From Desulfobacterales bacterium (lineage in GTDB: Bacteria > Desulfobacterota > Desulfobacteria > Desulfobacterales > UBA2174), in contig CAXXWC010000021.1 in the NCBI GenBank assembly GCA_963668645.2, positions 256,001-320,000 of the forward strand: 64,000 nucleotides of DNA. The letters run 5' to 3'. Position numbers and translations under genes: made by a program. Of the stretch, positions 9,001-19,031 are shown piece by piece. How positions within the stretch are numbered: the stretch's first letter is position 1; the number at the start of each line of letters is the position of its first letter. The notes beneath the pieces were generated by a model. That model was not told where the DNA came from, ran no database searches, and was given only the letters and a program-made list of their open reading frames with translations.

Positions 9001-11467
9001 CCGACCCGAGGCAGGGCCGCCGTCCGCTCCGGGCCTGGATCGCGCAACCGGCGCGCCCCGGACAGTCCCGCCAGCCTTTGACCGCGGCCAGTGCCTGGAA
9101 TTCGCCCGCGGCCTGGCCGCCAAGGTGCTTGGCCCGGCCTTTGCCGAAGTGGATGGATTTGCGGTAAGGGTGCGCCTGCCGGACGAACCGTTGATGCTGG
9201 TGGACCGGATTCTGGCTGTAGAGGGAGAACCCCGCTCGCTAACATCCGGCCGGGTGGTCACCGAGCACGATGTGCTCCCGGACGCCTGGTACCTGGACGG
9301 CGGCCGGGCGCCGGTATGCATCGCGGTGGAAGCCGGCCAGGCGGATCTCTTTCTTTGCAGTTACCTGGGCATCGACCACCAGGTGCGCGGCAAGCGCAGC
9401 TACCGCCTCCTGGATGCCAAGGTGCGGTTTCACCGCGGTCTGCCGCGGCCCGGCGAAACCGTGCGCTATGAAATCTGCATCGATCGTTTCGTGCGCCAGG
9501 CCGGCACCTGGCTCTTTTTCTTCCGTTTCGAGGGCACCGTCGCCGGCCAGCCCCTGATCAGCATGCGCAACGGGTGCGCCGGTTTTTTCACGCCCCGGGA
9601 GGTGCGCGACTCGGGCGGGATCGTGCTCACTGAGGCCGAGCGCAAGCCCGAAGCCGGCCGTTTGCCCGAAGGCTTCACGCCGCCGGTGGCCGTGGAAGCC
9701 TGCACCCTGGACGAAACCCAGGTCGAGGCCCTGCGCCAGGGCGATCTGGGCGCCGCCTTCGGTTCCCGGTTCGACGGCATCCTGCTGCCCCCTGCCCAGC
9801 GCCTGCCCGGAGGGCGCATGCGCTTGATCCACCGGGTAAGGCGCCTCGATCCAGCCGGGGGGCGCTACGGGATCGGCACGGTGGAGGCCGAGGCGGACAT
9901 CGATCCCGAAGACTGGTTTCTCGTCTGCCACTTCGTCGACGATCCCGTCATGCCCGGAACCCTGATGTACGAATGCTGTGCCCATGCCCTGCGGGTCTTT
10001 TTCCAGCGTCTCGGGTGGATCAGCCCAGAAACCGGGGCCGGCTTCGAGCCGATCGAGGCCGTCGAAGCGGTGCTCAAGTGCCGCGGCCCGGTCACCCCTG
10101 AAACCCGACAGGTGCTCTACCGGGTGGATGTGCGCGAATTGGGGTACGGCCCTGAACCGTTCATCATCGCCGACGCCCACATGTACGCCGACGGTGAACA
10201 CATCGTCATGTTCCAGGGCATGTCGCTGCGTCTTTCCGGGGTGACCCGCGACGAGATCGAGGCCTTCTGGTCACAGCGCGAAGCGACGCCCACGACGGCA
10301 CCCAATGATCGCACCTATCCCTACGAGCGGATCCTGGCCTTTGCCGTGGGCCGGCCCTCGGAAGCTTTCGGCGACGCCTACCGGATCTTCGACGACCAGC
10401 GGCGCATCGCCCGGCTGCCGGGCCCACCCTACCTGTTCATGGACCGCATCGTCGCGGTCGAGCCCGAACCGTGGCGTCTCGAGCCCGGGGGGTGGGTCAC
10501 GGCCGAATATACCGTGCCCCGGGACGCCTGGTACCTGCGCGCCGACCGCTCCGGGGGGGGGTTGCCTTACTGCGTGCTGCTGGAAATCGCCCTGCAGCCC
10601 TGCGGCTGGCTGGCGGCCTATCTCGGTTCGGCCCTCCATTCACAGCAGGATCTGAAGTTTCGCAACCTCGGGGGCACGGCCACCATCCACCGCACGGTGG
10701 ATCCCGCCGGTGCTCTGCTCACCATGCGGGTGCGCCTCAAACAGGTATCCGAAGCCGCCAGGATGATCATCGAAACCTTCGACATGGAAGTTTGCGATGC
10801 CATCGGTCCGGTCTATTCCGGCGAGACCACCTTCGGTTTTTTCAGCGCCAAGGCCCTGGCCAACCAGGTGGGCATTCGCAACGTGGAGGAGCGATTTGCA
10901 CGCCTCCAAACCGACCCGGCAGACGGTGGATCGGTCCTGCTGGAAGACTTCCATCCCCTGACCCCGGACGATCCTGCCACCACCGCCGGGGTGGGGATGC
11001 CGGCCCTGGCCCTGCGCATGATCGACAGCCTGCAGGCCGCGGCTCCCGGCGGCGCTGCCGGAGGGTTGGGTTATCTTCGGGGCCTCAAGACGGTCAACCC
11101 GCAGGAATGGTTCTTTACGGCCCATTTCTTCCAGGATCCGGTCTGCCCCGGCTCTCTGGGGATCGAATCGTTTCTCCAGTTGCTGCGCTTCGATCTGCTC
11201 TCGCGCAGCCCGCAGGAAAAAGCGCCCCTGCGCTTCGAACCGTTGACAGGCCTTGCCCATCGATGGATCTACCGGGGCCAGATCATCCCCCGGAACCGGC
11301 AGGTAACCGTGGAGGCCGCCATCCGCGAGCGCGGCACACCGGCCGATCCCTTCGTGCGGGCCGACGGCCTGGTCTCGGTGGACGGCCGGGCGATCTACCA
11401 CTTGCAAGACTTCGGCCTGCGGATGGTGCAAACGGATTGCACCTCGGGACAACCGAAAGTAGAGTAA
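6038..11467 (+). CDS. PfaC-like PUFA synthase subunit: KS, CLF-like KS and FabA-type dehydratase/pseudo-dehydratase repeats
   Basis: KS motifs DAACASS, ECHGAGT, GHLLTAAG; second KS lacks the catalytic Cys; FabA-like CHFVDDPVMPG and AHFFQDPVCPG. Confidence 0.88.
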   Translation: MQKPFEIAVVGMGGVFPGAPDTATFWRNICDARSAISDAPPERWIAPAEAVVRSAPEPDKALGRRCGLVTGLDFDPDGFTLPASEIRDLDPLYHLVLQAGREAVAGGCLRRVHTRRAGTILAAIALPTNGSSLLAHHLFSQAVAAQIDPAGKARLHPPSRAACRAARVTGFPAAVLASALDLGGGGYTLDAACASSLYAVRLACDALTAGRLDAVLAGGVSRPDCLYTQIGFSQLRALSPSGRCAPFDAGADGLVVGEGAGILVLKRLADAVAAGDPIHAVIRAAGLSNDMRGNLLAPEVLGQVRAMHNAYRQAGWIPGRVDLIECHGAGTPVGDRTEIESLHRLIADNGPPPGACAIGSIKSMIGHLLTAAGAAGLIKTILAMQNRVLPPSLNFTTPADARLDGSGPFRVQTRASSWEPVHGDGLRRAAVSAFGFGGINAHLLMEQWRPEPSVRQAAHVATQKPMPVAIVGLAARVGSREGLSPLADGAPYLAPLSDRRWRGLGRMADRIFTQRPRGAFVENLEFPAGRFRIPPSEIPDLLAQQLLMLQVGAAALADAGLPVRDQRPRMGTVIGMEFDPQATDFYLRWRWTRVGDRCEPESQWPADLDDPQALAAWRRHLGQAVSPPLTPTRTVGNLGGIVASRLAREFGLGGPSFGVSAQALGGLQALEIAVRFLQQGEADLMLAGAVELTGDLRNLVANHVLDGLGGPQLPVGEGALALVLKRLDDARSDGDRIHAVIEGIGAASGTWHDQAPMAPEVLVHAATAAFEEAGPRAGQIDGVAPLGTGFERIESVENEALAAIFDPDPAPPADTALPICGFAGCAAGLTALVRAVLRMDGCSGPAGSPASDEKISPPPHRAVLVGGPSTDGGALYLVLSGGGSGRKRDAAQSPDNGAKIAVPVSRPLQIPPLPPGPAARSAGEPSISRPNEEDPAAALNRLVAGSAAMARAHEAYLDLSLQLRRQYIEALGLQARLGAALASEPGVRRPEAGPPSAPGLDRATGAPRTVPPAFDRGQCLEFARGLAAKVLGPAFAEVDGFAVRVRLPDEPLMLVDRILAVEGEPRSLTSGRVVTEHDVLPDAWYLDGGRAPVCIAVEAGQADLFLCSYLGIDHQVRGKRSYRLLDAKVRFHRGLPRPGETVRYEICIDRFVRQAGTWLFFFRFEGTVAGQPLISMRNGCAGFFTPREVRDSGGIVLTEAERKPEAGRLPEGFTPPVAVEACTLDETQVEALRQGDLGAAFGSRFDGILLPPAQRLPGGRMRLIHRVRRLDPAGGRYGIGTVEAEADIDPEDWFLVCHFVDDPVMPGTLMYECCAHALRVFFQRLGWISPETGAGFEPIEAVEAVLKCRGPVTPETRQVLYRVDVRELGYGPEPFIIADAHMYADGEHIVMFQGMSLRLSGVTRDEIEAFWSQREATPTTAPNDRTYPYERILAFAVGRPSEAFGDAYRIFDDQRRIARLPGPPYLFMDRIVAVEPEPWRLEPGGWVTAEYTVPRDAWYLRADRSGGGLPYCVLLEIALQPCGWLAAYLGSALHSQQDLKFRNLGGTATIHRTVDPAGALLTMRVRLKQVSEAARMIIETFDMEVCDAIGPVYSGETTFGFFSAKALANQVGIRNVEERFARLQTDPADGGSVLLEDFHPLTPDDPATTAGVGMPALALRMIDSLQAAAPGGAAGGLGYLRGLKTVNPQEWFFTAHFFQDPVCPGSLGIESFLQLLRFDLLSRSPQEKAPLRFEPLTGLAHRWIYRGQIIPRNRQVTVEAAIRERGTPADPFVRADGLVSVDGRAIYHLQDFGLRMVQTDCTSGQPKVE

Positions 11468-11484
11468 AATGCATATGATGGCAG

Positions 11485-12549
11485 ATGGAACGTTTCATGA
11501 ACCACGAACTGCACTATGAACGGGTGCGCATCGCCGCTTTGGGCTACGAGCTGCCGCCCCACGTGATCGCCTCGGAAGACCTGGAAGAGCGCCTGGCCCC
11601 CCTGTACAGGGCACTGCACCTTAAGCCCGGCCAGCTCGAAGCCCTCACCGGAATCGTCGAACGCCGCTGGTGGGATCCGGGTTTTTCCATGGCCGCAGGC
11701 GCTACCCTGGCCGGTCAAAAAGCCCTTGCCCAGGCCGCAATCCCGGCCGGCGAAGTGCAGATGCTGGTCTATGCCGGGGTTTGCCGGGACCATCTCGAGC
11801 CGGCCACGGCCTGTGCCGTGGCCCACCGCCTGGGCCTGCCGCCCGAGGCCCTGGTATACGATGTTTCCAACGCCTGCCTGGGAGTTCTCAACGGCATGCT
11901 CCAGGTGGCCGACGCCATCGAACTGGGGCGCATCCGCGCCGGCCTGGTCGTATCCTGCGAGTCGGCCCGCAGCATCGTGGAACTGACCATCGCACGCCTG
12001 AACGCCGAACCGACCATGGACAATTTCAAACACTGCGTGGCCACCCTCACCGGCGGCAGTGGTGCGGTGGCCGTGCTGCTCTGCGCGGCGGGACGCGACG
12101 GCGGCGACTCTTGCCTCTGCGGCGGGGTGGTGAGAAACGCCGTGGTCCACCATGAGTTGTGCCGCTGGGGCACCGACACGGACAGCCCGGTTCACGGCAC
12201 CATGCGCATGGATACCGACGCCCTGGGGGTGCTGGAAAACGGCGTGGCCCTAGGCCGCGACGCGTATCATGATTTTGTGCGCGCCATGCCATGGTCGGGA
12301 CGCGCCCCGGACCGGGTGGTCTGCCACCAGGTGGGCGCCACCCACCAAGCCACGGTCCTCGAAGCCATCGGAATCCCCAAGGACAAAGACTTTACCACCT
12401 TCGCCGTTTTGGGCAACGTCGGCACCGTGAGCCTGCCGATCACCGCGGCCATTGCGGCCCAGCGCGGCGTGTTGAACCCCGGCCAGCGGATCGGCTTTTT
12501 CGGTATCGGAAGCGGTTTGAACTGCATCCTGATGGGGATTGAATGGTAA
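11485..12549 (+). CDS. oleA: OleA, thiolase-fold head-to-head acyl condensation enzyme
   Basis: EPATA, NACLG, HQVG, GNVG and GIGSGLN motifs; first gene of oleABCD order. Confidence 0.88.
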   Translation: MERFMNHELHYERVRIAALGYELPPHVIASEDLEERLAPLYRALHLKPGQLEALTGIVERRWWDPGFSMAAGATLAGQKALAQAAIPAGEVQMLVYAGVCRDHLEPATACAVAHRLGLPPEALVYDVSNACLGVLNGMLQVADAIELGRIRAGLVVSCESARSIVELTIARLNAEPTMDNFKHCVATLTGGSGAVAVLLCAAGRDGGDSCLCGGVVRNAVVHHELCRWGTDTDSPVHGTMRMDTDALGVLENGVALGRDAYHDFVRAMPWSGRAPDRVVCHQVGATHQATVLEAIGIPKDKDFTTFAVLGNVGTVSLPITAAIAAQRGVLNPGQRIGFFGIGSGLNCILMGIEW

Positions 12550-12568
12550 AAGGAGACTATTCTCTCGC

Positions 12569-13525
12569 ATGAAGCGATCCGTTGCCCATATCCCCCGCCG
12601 TGGCTGGGGGCATCTTTACCCCTTCGGTTCCCATTACCTGGATCGCGACGGTCTGGCTTACCACTACCTGGACGAAGGCCGAGGCGAGCCGCTGCTCATG
12701 GTGCACGGCAACCCCACCTGGTCGTTTTTCTTCCGTTCCCTGGTCCTGGCCTTGCGTCCCCATTACCGCTGCGTGGCCCCGGACCATATCGGATGCGGAC
12801 TTTCAGCCAAGCCCGGACCGCAGGCATACGGCTATCGGCTCGAAGACCGGGTCGATGACCTGGAGCGGCTCACCGGGGCGTTGGGACTGAACCGGGGTGT
12901 CACGCTCATCGTGCACGACTGGGGAGGGATGATCGGACTGGCCTGGGCCTTGCGCCGCCCGCAGCGCATCGCCCGGCTCGTCATTCTCAACACCGCCGGA
13001 TTCCTGCCGCCGTCGCGAAAACCGATTCCACTGCGCCTGCGTCTGATCCGCGATTTTCCCGCCCTGGCCGAACCGGCCGTACTGGGGCTGAATCTGTTCG
13101 CCCGGGCCGCCGTCTGGATGGCACCCCGCCGGTCCCTGGCACCCGCCGTGAAAACCGGCCTTCTGGCCCCTTACGACCGTCCGGCCCACCGTCTGGCCAC
13201 CTTGCGTTTTGTGCAGGACATCCCTTTGTCCGCCGCGGATCCGAGCTATGCGACGGTGTGTGCGGTGCAGCGAGATCTCCAGCGCCTGGCCCATCTGCCC
13301 ACCCTGATCTGCTGGGGAATGCACGATTTTGTCTTCGATCAGGATTATCTGAAAGAGTGGCGGCGGCGTTTTCCGCGTGCCGAGGTCAACCTTTTCACCG
13401 ACGCCGGCCACTATCTGCTCGAGGATGCCCCCCAAGCGGTGGCCGGCCGCGTGCTGGCCTTCCTCGGCCGGCACGATCCGGCTTCCGCCAAACCCCAAGT
13501 GAAACGGATGCTCAATGGCCGATAA
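12569..13525 (+). CDS. oleB: OleB, alpha/beta-hydrolase beta-lactone decarboxylase
   Basis: HGNPTWS, HDWGG and AGHY haloalkane-dehalogenase-like motifs; RBS AGGAGA; gene context. Confidence 0.88.
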   Translation: MKRSVAHIPRRGWGHLYPFGSHYLDRDGLAYHYLDEGRGEPLLMVHGNPTWSFFFRSLVLALRPHYRCVAPDHIGCGLSAKPGPQAYGYRLEDRVDDLERLTGALGLNRGVTLIVHDWGGMIGLAWALRRPQRIARLVILNTAGFLPPSRKPIPLRLRLIRDFPALAEPAVLGLNLFARAAVWMAPRRSLAPAVKTGLLAPYDRPAHRLATLRFVQDIPLSAADPSYATVCAVQRDLQRLAHLPTLICWGMHDFVFDQDYLKEWRRRFPRAEVNLFTDAGHYLLEDAPQAVAGRVLAFLGRHDPASAKPQVKRMLNGR

Positions 13526-15237
13526 CACCCAGATCAACGTCGCCTTGCACCTGCGGCAGATGGCCGAATGCCAGCCGTTCAAACGGGCCGTGGTCTGTCC
13601 GGCGGGTCGCGACGGGGCCGGACGGGTGGCCTACGCCCACCTGACCTTCCGCCAACTCGACCAGGAATCGGACCGTATCGCCCACGGGTTGGAAATGGCC
13701 GGCATCCGCCGCCAGACCCGCACCATCCTCATGGTCCGGCCGAGCCTGGAGTTTTTTGCCTTGACCTTCGCTTTGTTCAAGGTGGGGGGCCGTCCCGGTG
13801 GTCGTCGACCCGGGAATGGGCCTTCGACGCATGATGGCCTGCTTTGCCGAAAGCCGTCCCGAAGCCTTAATCGGCATCCCTGCAGCCCACATGCTGCGCA
13901 CGGTATACCCCAAATTTTTCCGCACGATAAAGGCTTGGGTGACCGTAGGACGCCGCTGGTGGTGGGGTGGGGCCACCTTCGAGCAGCTGCGCCGTCGCCC
14001 CTGGACGGCTTTTCCCATGGCCCGCACCACCCGCGACGAAACCGCGGCGATCCTGTTCACCACCGGTAGCACCGGTCCGGCCAAAGGGGCGGTCTACACC
14101 CATGGAATCTTCGACGCCCAGGTGCGCCATATTCAGGACCACTTTCAGATCGGAACCGACGAGATCGATCTGCCCACCTTTCCGCTCTTCGCCCTTTTCG
14201 ATCCGGCCCTGGGCATGACGGCCGTTATCCCGGACATGGATCCGACCCGTCCTGCCCAGGTCGACCCGACCAAAATCATCGAGGCCGTCCTCGACCACGG
14301 AGTGACCAACATGTTCGCCTCGCCGGCTCTGCTCAACCGGGTGGGCGCCTTCGGCCGCGAGCACGGGGTGCGCCTGCCGTCCCTGCGCCGGGTGGTGACG
14401 GCCGGGGCCCCGGTCAGTCCGGCCAACATCGAACAGTTCTGCACCCTGCTCGAAGAGACCGGCCGCATTCACACCCCTTACGGGGCCACCGAAGCAGTGC
14501 CGATCATCAGCATCGCCAGCGACGAAATCCTCGGTGAAACCCGCCGGCTCACCGAGCAGGGATTCGGCATCTGCGTCGGGCGCCCTCTGGACGGAATCGC
14601 GGTGCGCATCATCCGCACCCTGGACGAGCCCGTCAACCGTTTGACGGACAAACTAGCGGTGGCCGACGGCGAGATCGGCGAAATCACGGTCAGCGGCGAT
14701 CTGGTCACCCGCGAATACTTCGAACGGCCGATGGACACGGCCCTGGCCAAGATCGCTGATGATGGCCGCTTCTGGCACCGCATGGGCGACCTGGGCTGGC
14801 AGGATAAAAAGGGGCGCATCTGGTTTTGCGGGCGTAAGAGCCACCGCGTCATCACGTCCCAGGGCACCCTTTTTACCATCCCCTGCGAGGCGATCTTCAA
14901 CAGCCATCCCGCCGTTTTTCGCAGCGCCCTGGTCGGCGTCGAAAAACCGCCCAACCAGCGACCGGTGATCTGCATCGAACTGGTCCCGGAGCTGCAAAAC
15001 GCCGACAAGACCCAGATCGAGCGTGAACTTCTGGCACTGGGTGCCGATCACGTCCATACCCGGCAGATCGAGGCAGTGCTTTTCCATCCGGGCTTTCCGG
15101 TCGACATCCGCCACAACGCCAAGATTTTCCGTGAGAAGCTGGCCGTCTGGGCCGGGGAAAAACTCAAGGGGCGAGGCCCAAGACGTGCGACGCCGCAAAA
15201 GCTGGAAAACGCTGAACCGGGTGAACCGCCGTCTTGA
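13515..15237 (+). pseudogene. oleC: OleC beta-lactone synthetase (AMP-ligase) with a +1 frameshift in a G6 run at 13784-13789 (probably an intact gene with a sequencing error)
   Basis: Removing one G gives FKVGAVPVVVDPGMG and joins ORFs 13515 and 13798; FTTGSTGPAKG, YGATE and HRMGD motifs. Confidence 0.85.
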
Positions 15238-16323
15238 CAGCCCTGCTTGCATTGCAGGCCGATCAACCCATGGCACATCTAATGCGAAAAAAAGGTGCCC
15301 CATCGACACATGCTGCCGATCGGCCAGTGGTTCTGGTTACCGGGGGGGGGCGGATTTCTGGGCCGGACCGTCGTCCGCATGCTCGTCGAGCGCGGCGAGG
15401 AGGTGCGCAGCCTGGCCCGACGCTTCTATCCCTCTCTGGCCGCTTTGGGGGTCGAGCAGGTCCAGGGCGATATCGCCGATCCCCAGACGGTCGATCGGGC
15501 CTGCACCGGGGTAAATCTGGTGATCCATACCGCGGCCCGGGCCGGGGTTTGGGGGCCTTACCCCGACTACTACCGGCCCAACGTGGTCGGCACCCGCAAC
15601 ATCATCTCCGCCTGCCGCCGCCTGGGGGTCAAGCGGCTGGTCTACACCAGTTCACCCAGCGTGGTCTTCGACGGCGCCGACATGCAGGGAGTGGACGAAT
15701 CGGTTCCCTATGCGAAGATCTTCCACACCCCATACCCCGCCACCAAGGCCCTGGCCGAACAGGCGGTGCGCACAGCAGCCGGTCGGGACCTGGCCACCAT
15801 CAGTTTACGCCCCCATCTGATCTGGGGGCCGGAAGACAACCACCTCGTGCCGCGCATCCTGGCCCGGGGCCGGCGCCTGCGACGGGTGGGAGACGGCGCC
15901 AACCGGGTCGATACGATCTACATCGACAATGCCGCTGCGGCCCACCTGCTGGCTGCCGACGCTTTGGCACGTGATCCGCAACTTTCCGGCCGGGTCTATT
16001 TCATCAGCCAGGACGCGCCGATCCGCCTCTGGGAGATGGTCGACCGGATCCTGGCCGCAGGCGGACAGCCGCCGCTGCAAAAAACGATCTCCCCGGCCGC
16101 GGCCCGCCGCCTGGGTGCCTTGCTCGAACTGTTTTACAAAACACTGTACCTGCCCGGCGAACCGCCCATGACCCGCTTTGTGGCCGAGGAACTGGCCACC
16201 AGCCACTGGTTTGACATCTCGGCCGCCAAGCGGGATCTGGGCTACCGGCCGGCAGTCGATACCGCCGAGGGGCTCCGACGTCTGGCCCGGTGGCTCGGCC
16301 AGAGCCCCGGCGTGCGGTCCTGA
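15234..16323 (+). pseudogene. oleD: OleD 2-alkyl-3-oxoalkanoate reductase (extended SDR) with a +1 frameshift in a G9 run at 15342-15350
   Basis: Removing one G restores VLVTGGGGFLG; YPATK catalytic motif; exact start uncertain. Confidence 0.85.
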
Positions 16324-16329
16324 CAATTT

Positions 16330-17205
16330 TCAGGGATCGAGGATTTCGTAACTGCAAATGGGCGGGCTGGCGCGCAGGTTTCCCAATACACGCTCCAATA
16401 AAATCCCCTGGCGGGTGTCATACGCATAGCCGAAGGTGGCGCGCACCCCCAGGGAGATGAACTGTACGGCCCGATCCAGGGCGATGGGCAGGCTGTCGCC
16501 CTGCAGCAGGCACCCGACGATCACACTGGCAAAGGCGTCTCCGGTGCCCGGATACTGGGCAGGCAGATACCCGCAAGCGACCTTCCAGAAACGCCCGTCA
16601 CCACGATTGTAGGCCACCACCGCGGTGCTATGGCCCTGGCCGATTTCCGGCACCGAGGTGATGATCACGGTCCCCGGTCCCCGTTCGGCCAGCTGCACGG
16701 CCCAATCCATCACCTGCCGCAGGCCGGCATGGGGGGCGTAATCCTCGCCGAGCAGCAGGGCGACCTCGGTCAGGTTCGGGGTGATCACGTCGGCATGCGC
16801 GATCAGGGCGCGCATCTCGGCCACCATGTCGGCTGCCAAGGGACCGTAGAGGACCCCATCGTCGCCCAGCACCGGATCAACCACCACCAGTTGATCGGAT
16901 TGGCGAAAATGATCGATGAAGTCGGTGACGATGGCGATCTGGCGGTGGGACCCGAGAAAGCCGCTGTAAACGGCATCGAAGGTCAGTCCCAGATCCTTCC
17001 AGTGCTGGATCATGGCCGGCATCTGGTCGGTGAGATCCACGAAATGATAATCGGCAAACTTGCTGTGGGTCGAGAGCACCGCTGTCGGCAAAGGGCAGAC
17101 CTGGATACCCATGGTGGACAGGATGGGAATCACCACAGTGAGCGACGCCCGGCCGAAACCGGACAAATCATGAATCGCGGCAACGCGTTGGACCGGATTT
17201 TTCAT
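16330..17205 (-). CDS. pdxK: Pyridoxal/pyridoxamine kinase
   Basis: HDLSGFGRASL, PTAVLSTH, DPVLGD, TPNLTE and GTGD motifs. Confidence 0.9.
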   Translation of the reverse strand: MKNPVQRVAAIHDLSGFGRASLTVVIPILSTMGIQVCPLPTAVLSTHSKFADYHFVDLTDQMPAMIQHWKDLGLTFDAVYSGFLGSHRQIAIVTDFIDHFRQSDQLVVVDPVLGDDGVLYGPLAADMVAEMRALIAHADVITPNLTEVALLLGEDYAPHAGLRQVMDWAVQLAERGPGTVIITSVPEIGQGHSTAVVAYNRGDGRFWKVACGYLPAQYPGTGDAFASVIVGCLLQGDSLPIALDRAVQFISLGVRATFGYAYDTRQGILLERVLGNLRASPPICSYEILDP

Positions 17206-17242
17206 GGGTGGGGTCAATCCTTTCTTTTACCCGGCGACCTCA

Positions 17243-17398
17243 AACCGTAAACCAAACCGTCATTTCGACCATATCAACCGGTTTTCCGAGGTACCTGTTT
17301 TGCGTGGGCTTCGCAAGCCGTTTGTTCACTTCGAGTCTCCGACAAGCACGGCTGAGAACGGGAACCGGTTGACCGCAATGCGCCGCTCTGCTACGGCT
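17243..17398 (-). ncRNA. Unclassified structured RNA or leader upstream of pdxK
   Basis: Long interrupted stem (AGCCGTAG/TTACGGTT, CATT/AATG, TCAACCGGTT/AACCGGTTGA) enclosing further hairpins; G-U pairs favour the minus strand. Confidence 0.4.
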
Positions 17399-17456
17399 GG
17401 ATGATCCGGTGAATTCGACGTGCAAAAAAATGGATTCAGACATTGAAGGGCGGGAA

Positions 17457-18981
17457 ATGGCGATTTTGATCCCCGACCTGAAAAAGAGGCTGAATTTTCT
17501 CCTGTTGTACGGCACTCTGATCGCCGCGGCAGGCATAGGGGCTATGGCGGCGTGGGCGGCCAGGCCGACGGGACCGGCACCGCCCGCAACGCCATGTCCG
17601 ATCTGCCCGGTGACATGAACGGTGACCAGGCGATCAGCCTTGAAGACGCTACGATCGCACTGCGGATCATTGCGGGAGAAGGTACCGAGACCCAGGCCAA
17701 CCCGTCCGGGGACGTGGACGGGGACAGTCGCATCGGACTGGTGGAGGCGATCTATGGGCTGCGAAGCATCGCCGGCCTTCAAGCGCCGCTGCCCGCGTTG
17801 ATCAGATCCGCCGCCGCCTACGAAACCGCCCCGAGCTGCGCCGCCGGCGATCTGGAAAAGACGATGCCGAATTCCAGGACGAAAACTTTTTCTTCTCGGC
17901 ATACAGTATTGAAAACGCCCTGGCCATGACCTGGGCCGGGGCCCAGAACCAAACCGCGACCCAGATGGCGCAAACCCTGCACCTCAACCTGCCCCAGGAG
18001 CGGTTTCATCCGACCCTCAATGCGCTGAACATCGATATCAACAGCCGCGACGACCAGCCGCCCCCGACCGGGGACGCTTTTGCCCTGAGTCTGGTCAATG
18101 CGGTCTGGAGCCGTATCGGCTATCCCTTCATAGCCCCCTACCTCGAGATTATCGCCACCAACTATGACGCCGGGGTGCGCGTCCTGGATTTTGTCGGCTA
18201 CCCGGAAGAAAGCCGGCAGACGATCAACCATTGGGTGGCCGGCCAGACCCAGGACAGGATCCGGAACCTGCTGCCCCAGGGCGCCATTACATCTTATACG
18301 GCCGTGGTGCTCACCAACGCCATCTACTTCAAGGGATCCTGGTTCAGCAAATTCGACGCCGACCTGACCGCCCCTGGGACTTTCACCCGACTGGACGGCA
18401 CCCAGGTGACGGCGAACCTGATGCACCAGCAACTGGATGTCAGGGCGTTTCAGGGTGACGGGTTCGATATGGTGGAGTTGCCCTACGTGAGCGCGCGCTT
18501 TGCGCAGGAAGCCTATCCAGAAGAATTGGCCATGCTGGTGATCGTTCCCCAGGCCGGCCGCTTCGAAGCGGTGCAACGCGCCCTGAACAAGACCGGCCTG
18601 GACGGGCTGATCGCTTCTTTGAGCATGCAGACGGTCGATCTGACCTTTCCCAGGTTCGAATTCGAAGCGCAAATCCAGTGCAAGGAAATCCTTGAGGGCC
18701 TCGGCATGGCAGACGCCTTCAATCCCTTTGCGGCGGATTTCAGCGCCATGGTCGACCCGCAAGTTTCCACGCCCTGGATCGACCAGATTTATCACAAGGC
18801 CTTCGTGGCGGTGGATGAAACCGGCACCGAGGCCGCTGCCGCCACCGCCGTGGTGATGACCGACACCTCGGTTCCCGATCCGGTGAGCATCTGCGCCGAC
18901 CGGCCCTTTATTTTCGTCATCCGCGACAATATCACCCAGGCGATTCTGTTCATGGGCCGCCTTCTGGATCCGAGTGCCTGA
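17457..18981 (+). pseudogene. Secreted serpin with N-terminal signal peptide and dockerin-like domain, split by two frame breaks (~17560 and ~17860)
   Basis: Signal peptide ending AWA; GDMNGDQAISLEDA and GDVDGDSRIGLVEA repeats; serpin motifs NFFFSAYSI, LTNAIYFKGSW, DETGTEAAAAT, ADRPFIF. Confidence 0.8.
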
Positions 18982-19031
18982 GGTGCCCGGGTGGCAATCT
19001 GATCCGGTCCGGCCGGCCCGGCGACAGACGC

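Noticed and set aside
12569..13525. Haloalkane dehalogenase annotation
   Set aside because: Position between oleA and oleC identifies it as OleB.
17285..17330. c-di-GMP-I riboswitch, T-box, twister or 6S identity for the pdxK upstream RNA
   Set aside because: Only partial motif resemblance (ACGCAAA, GGTACCTCG, AAGCCC); the required flanking consensus is missing.
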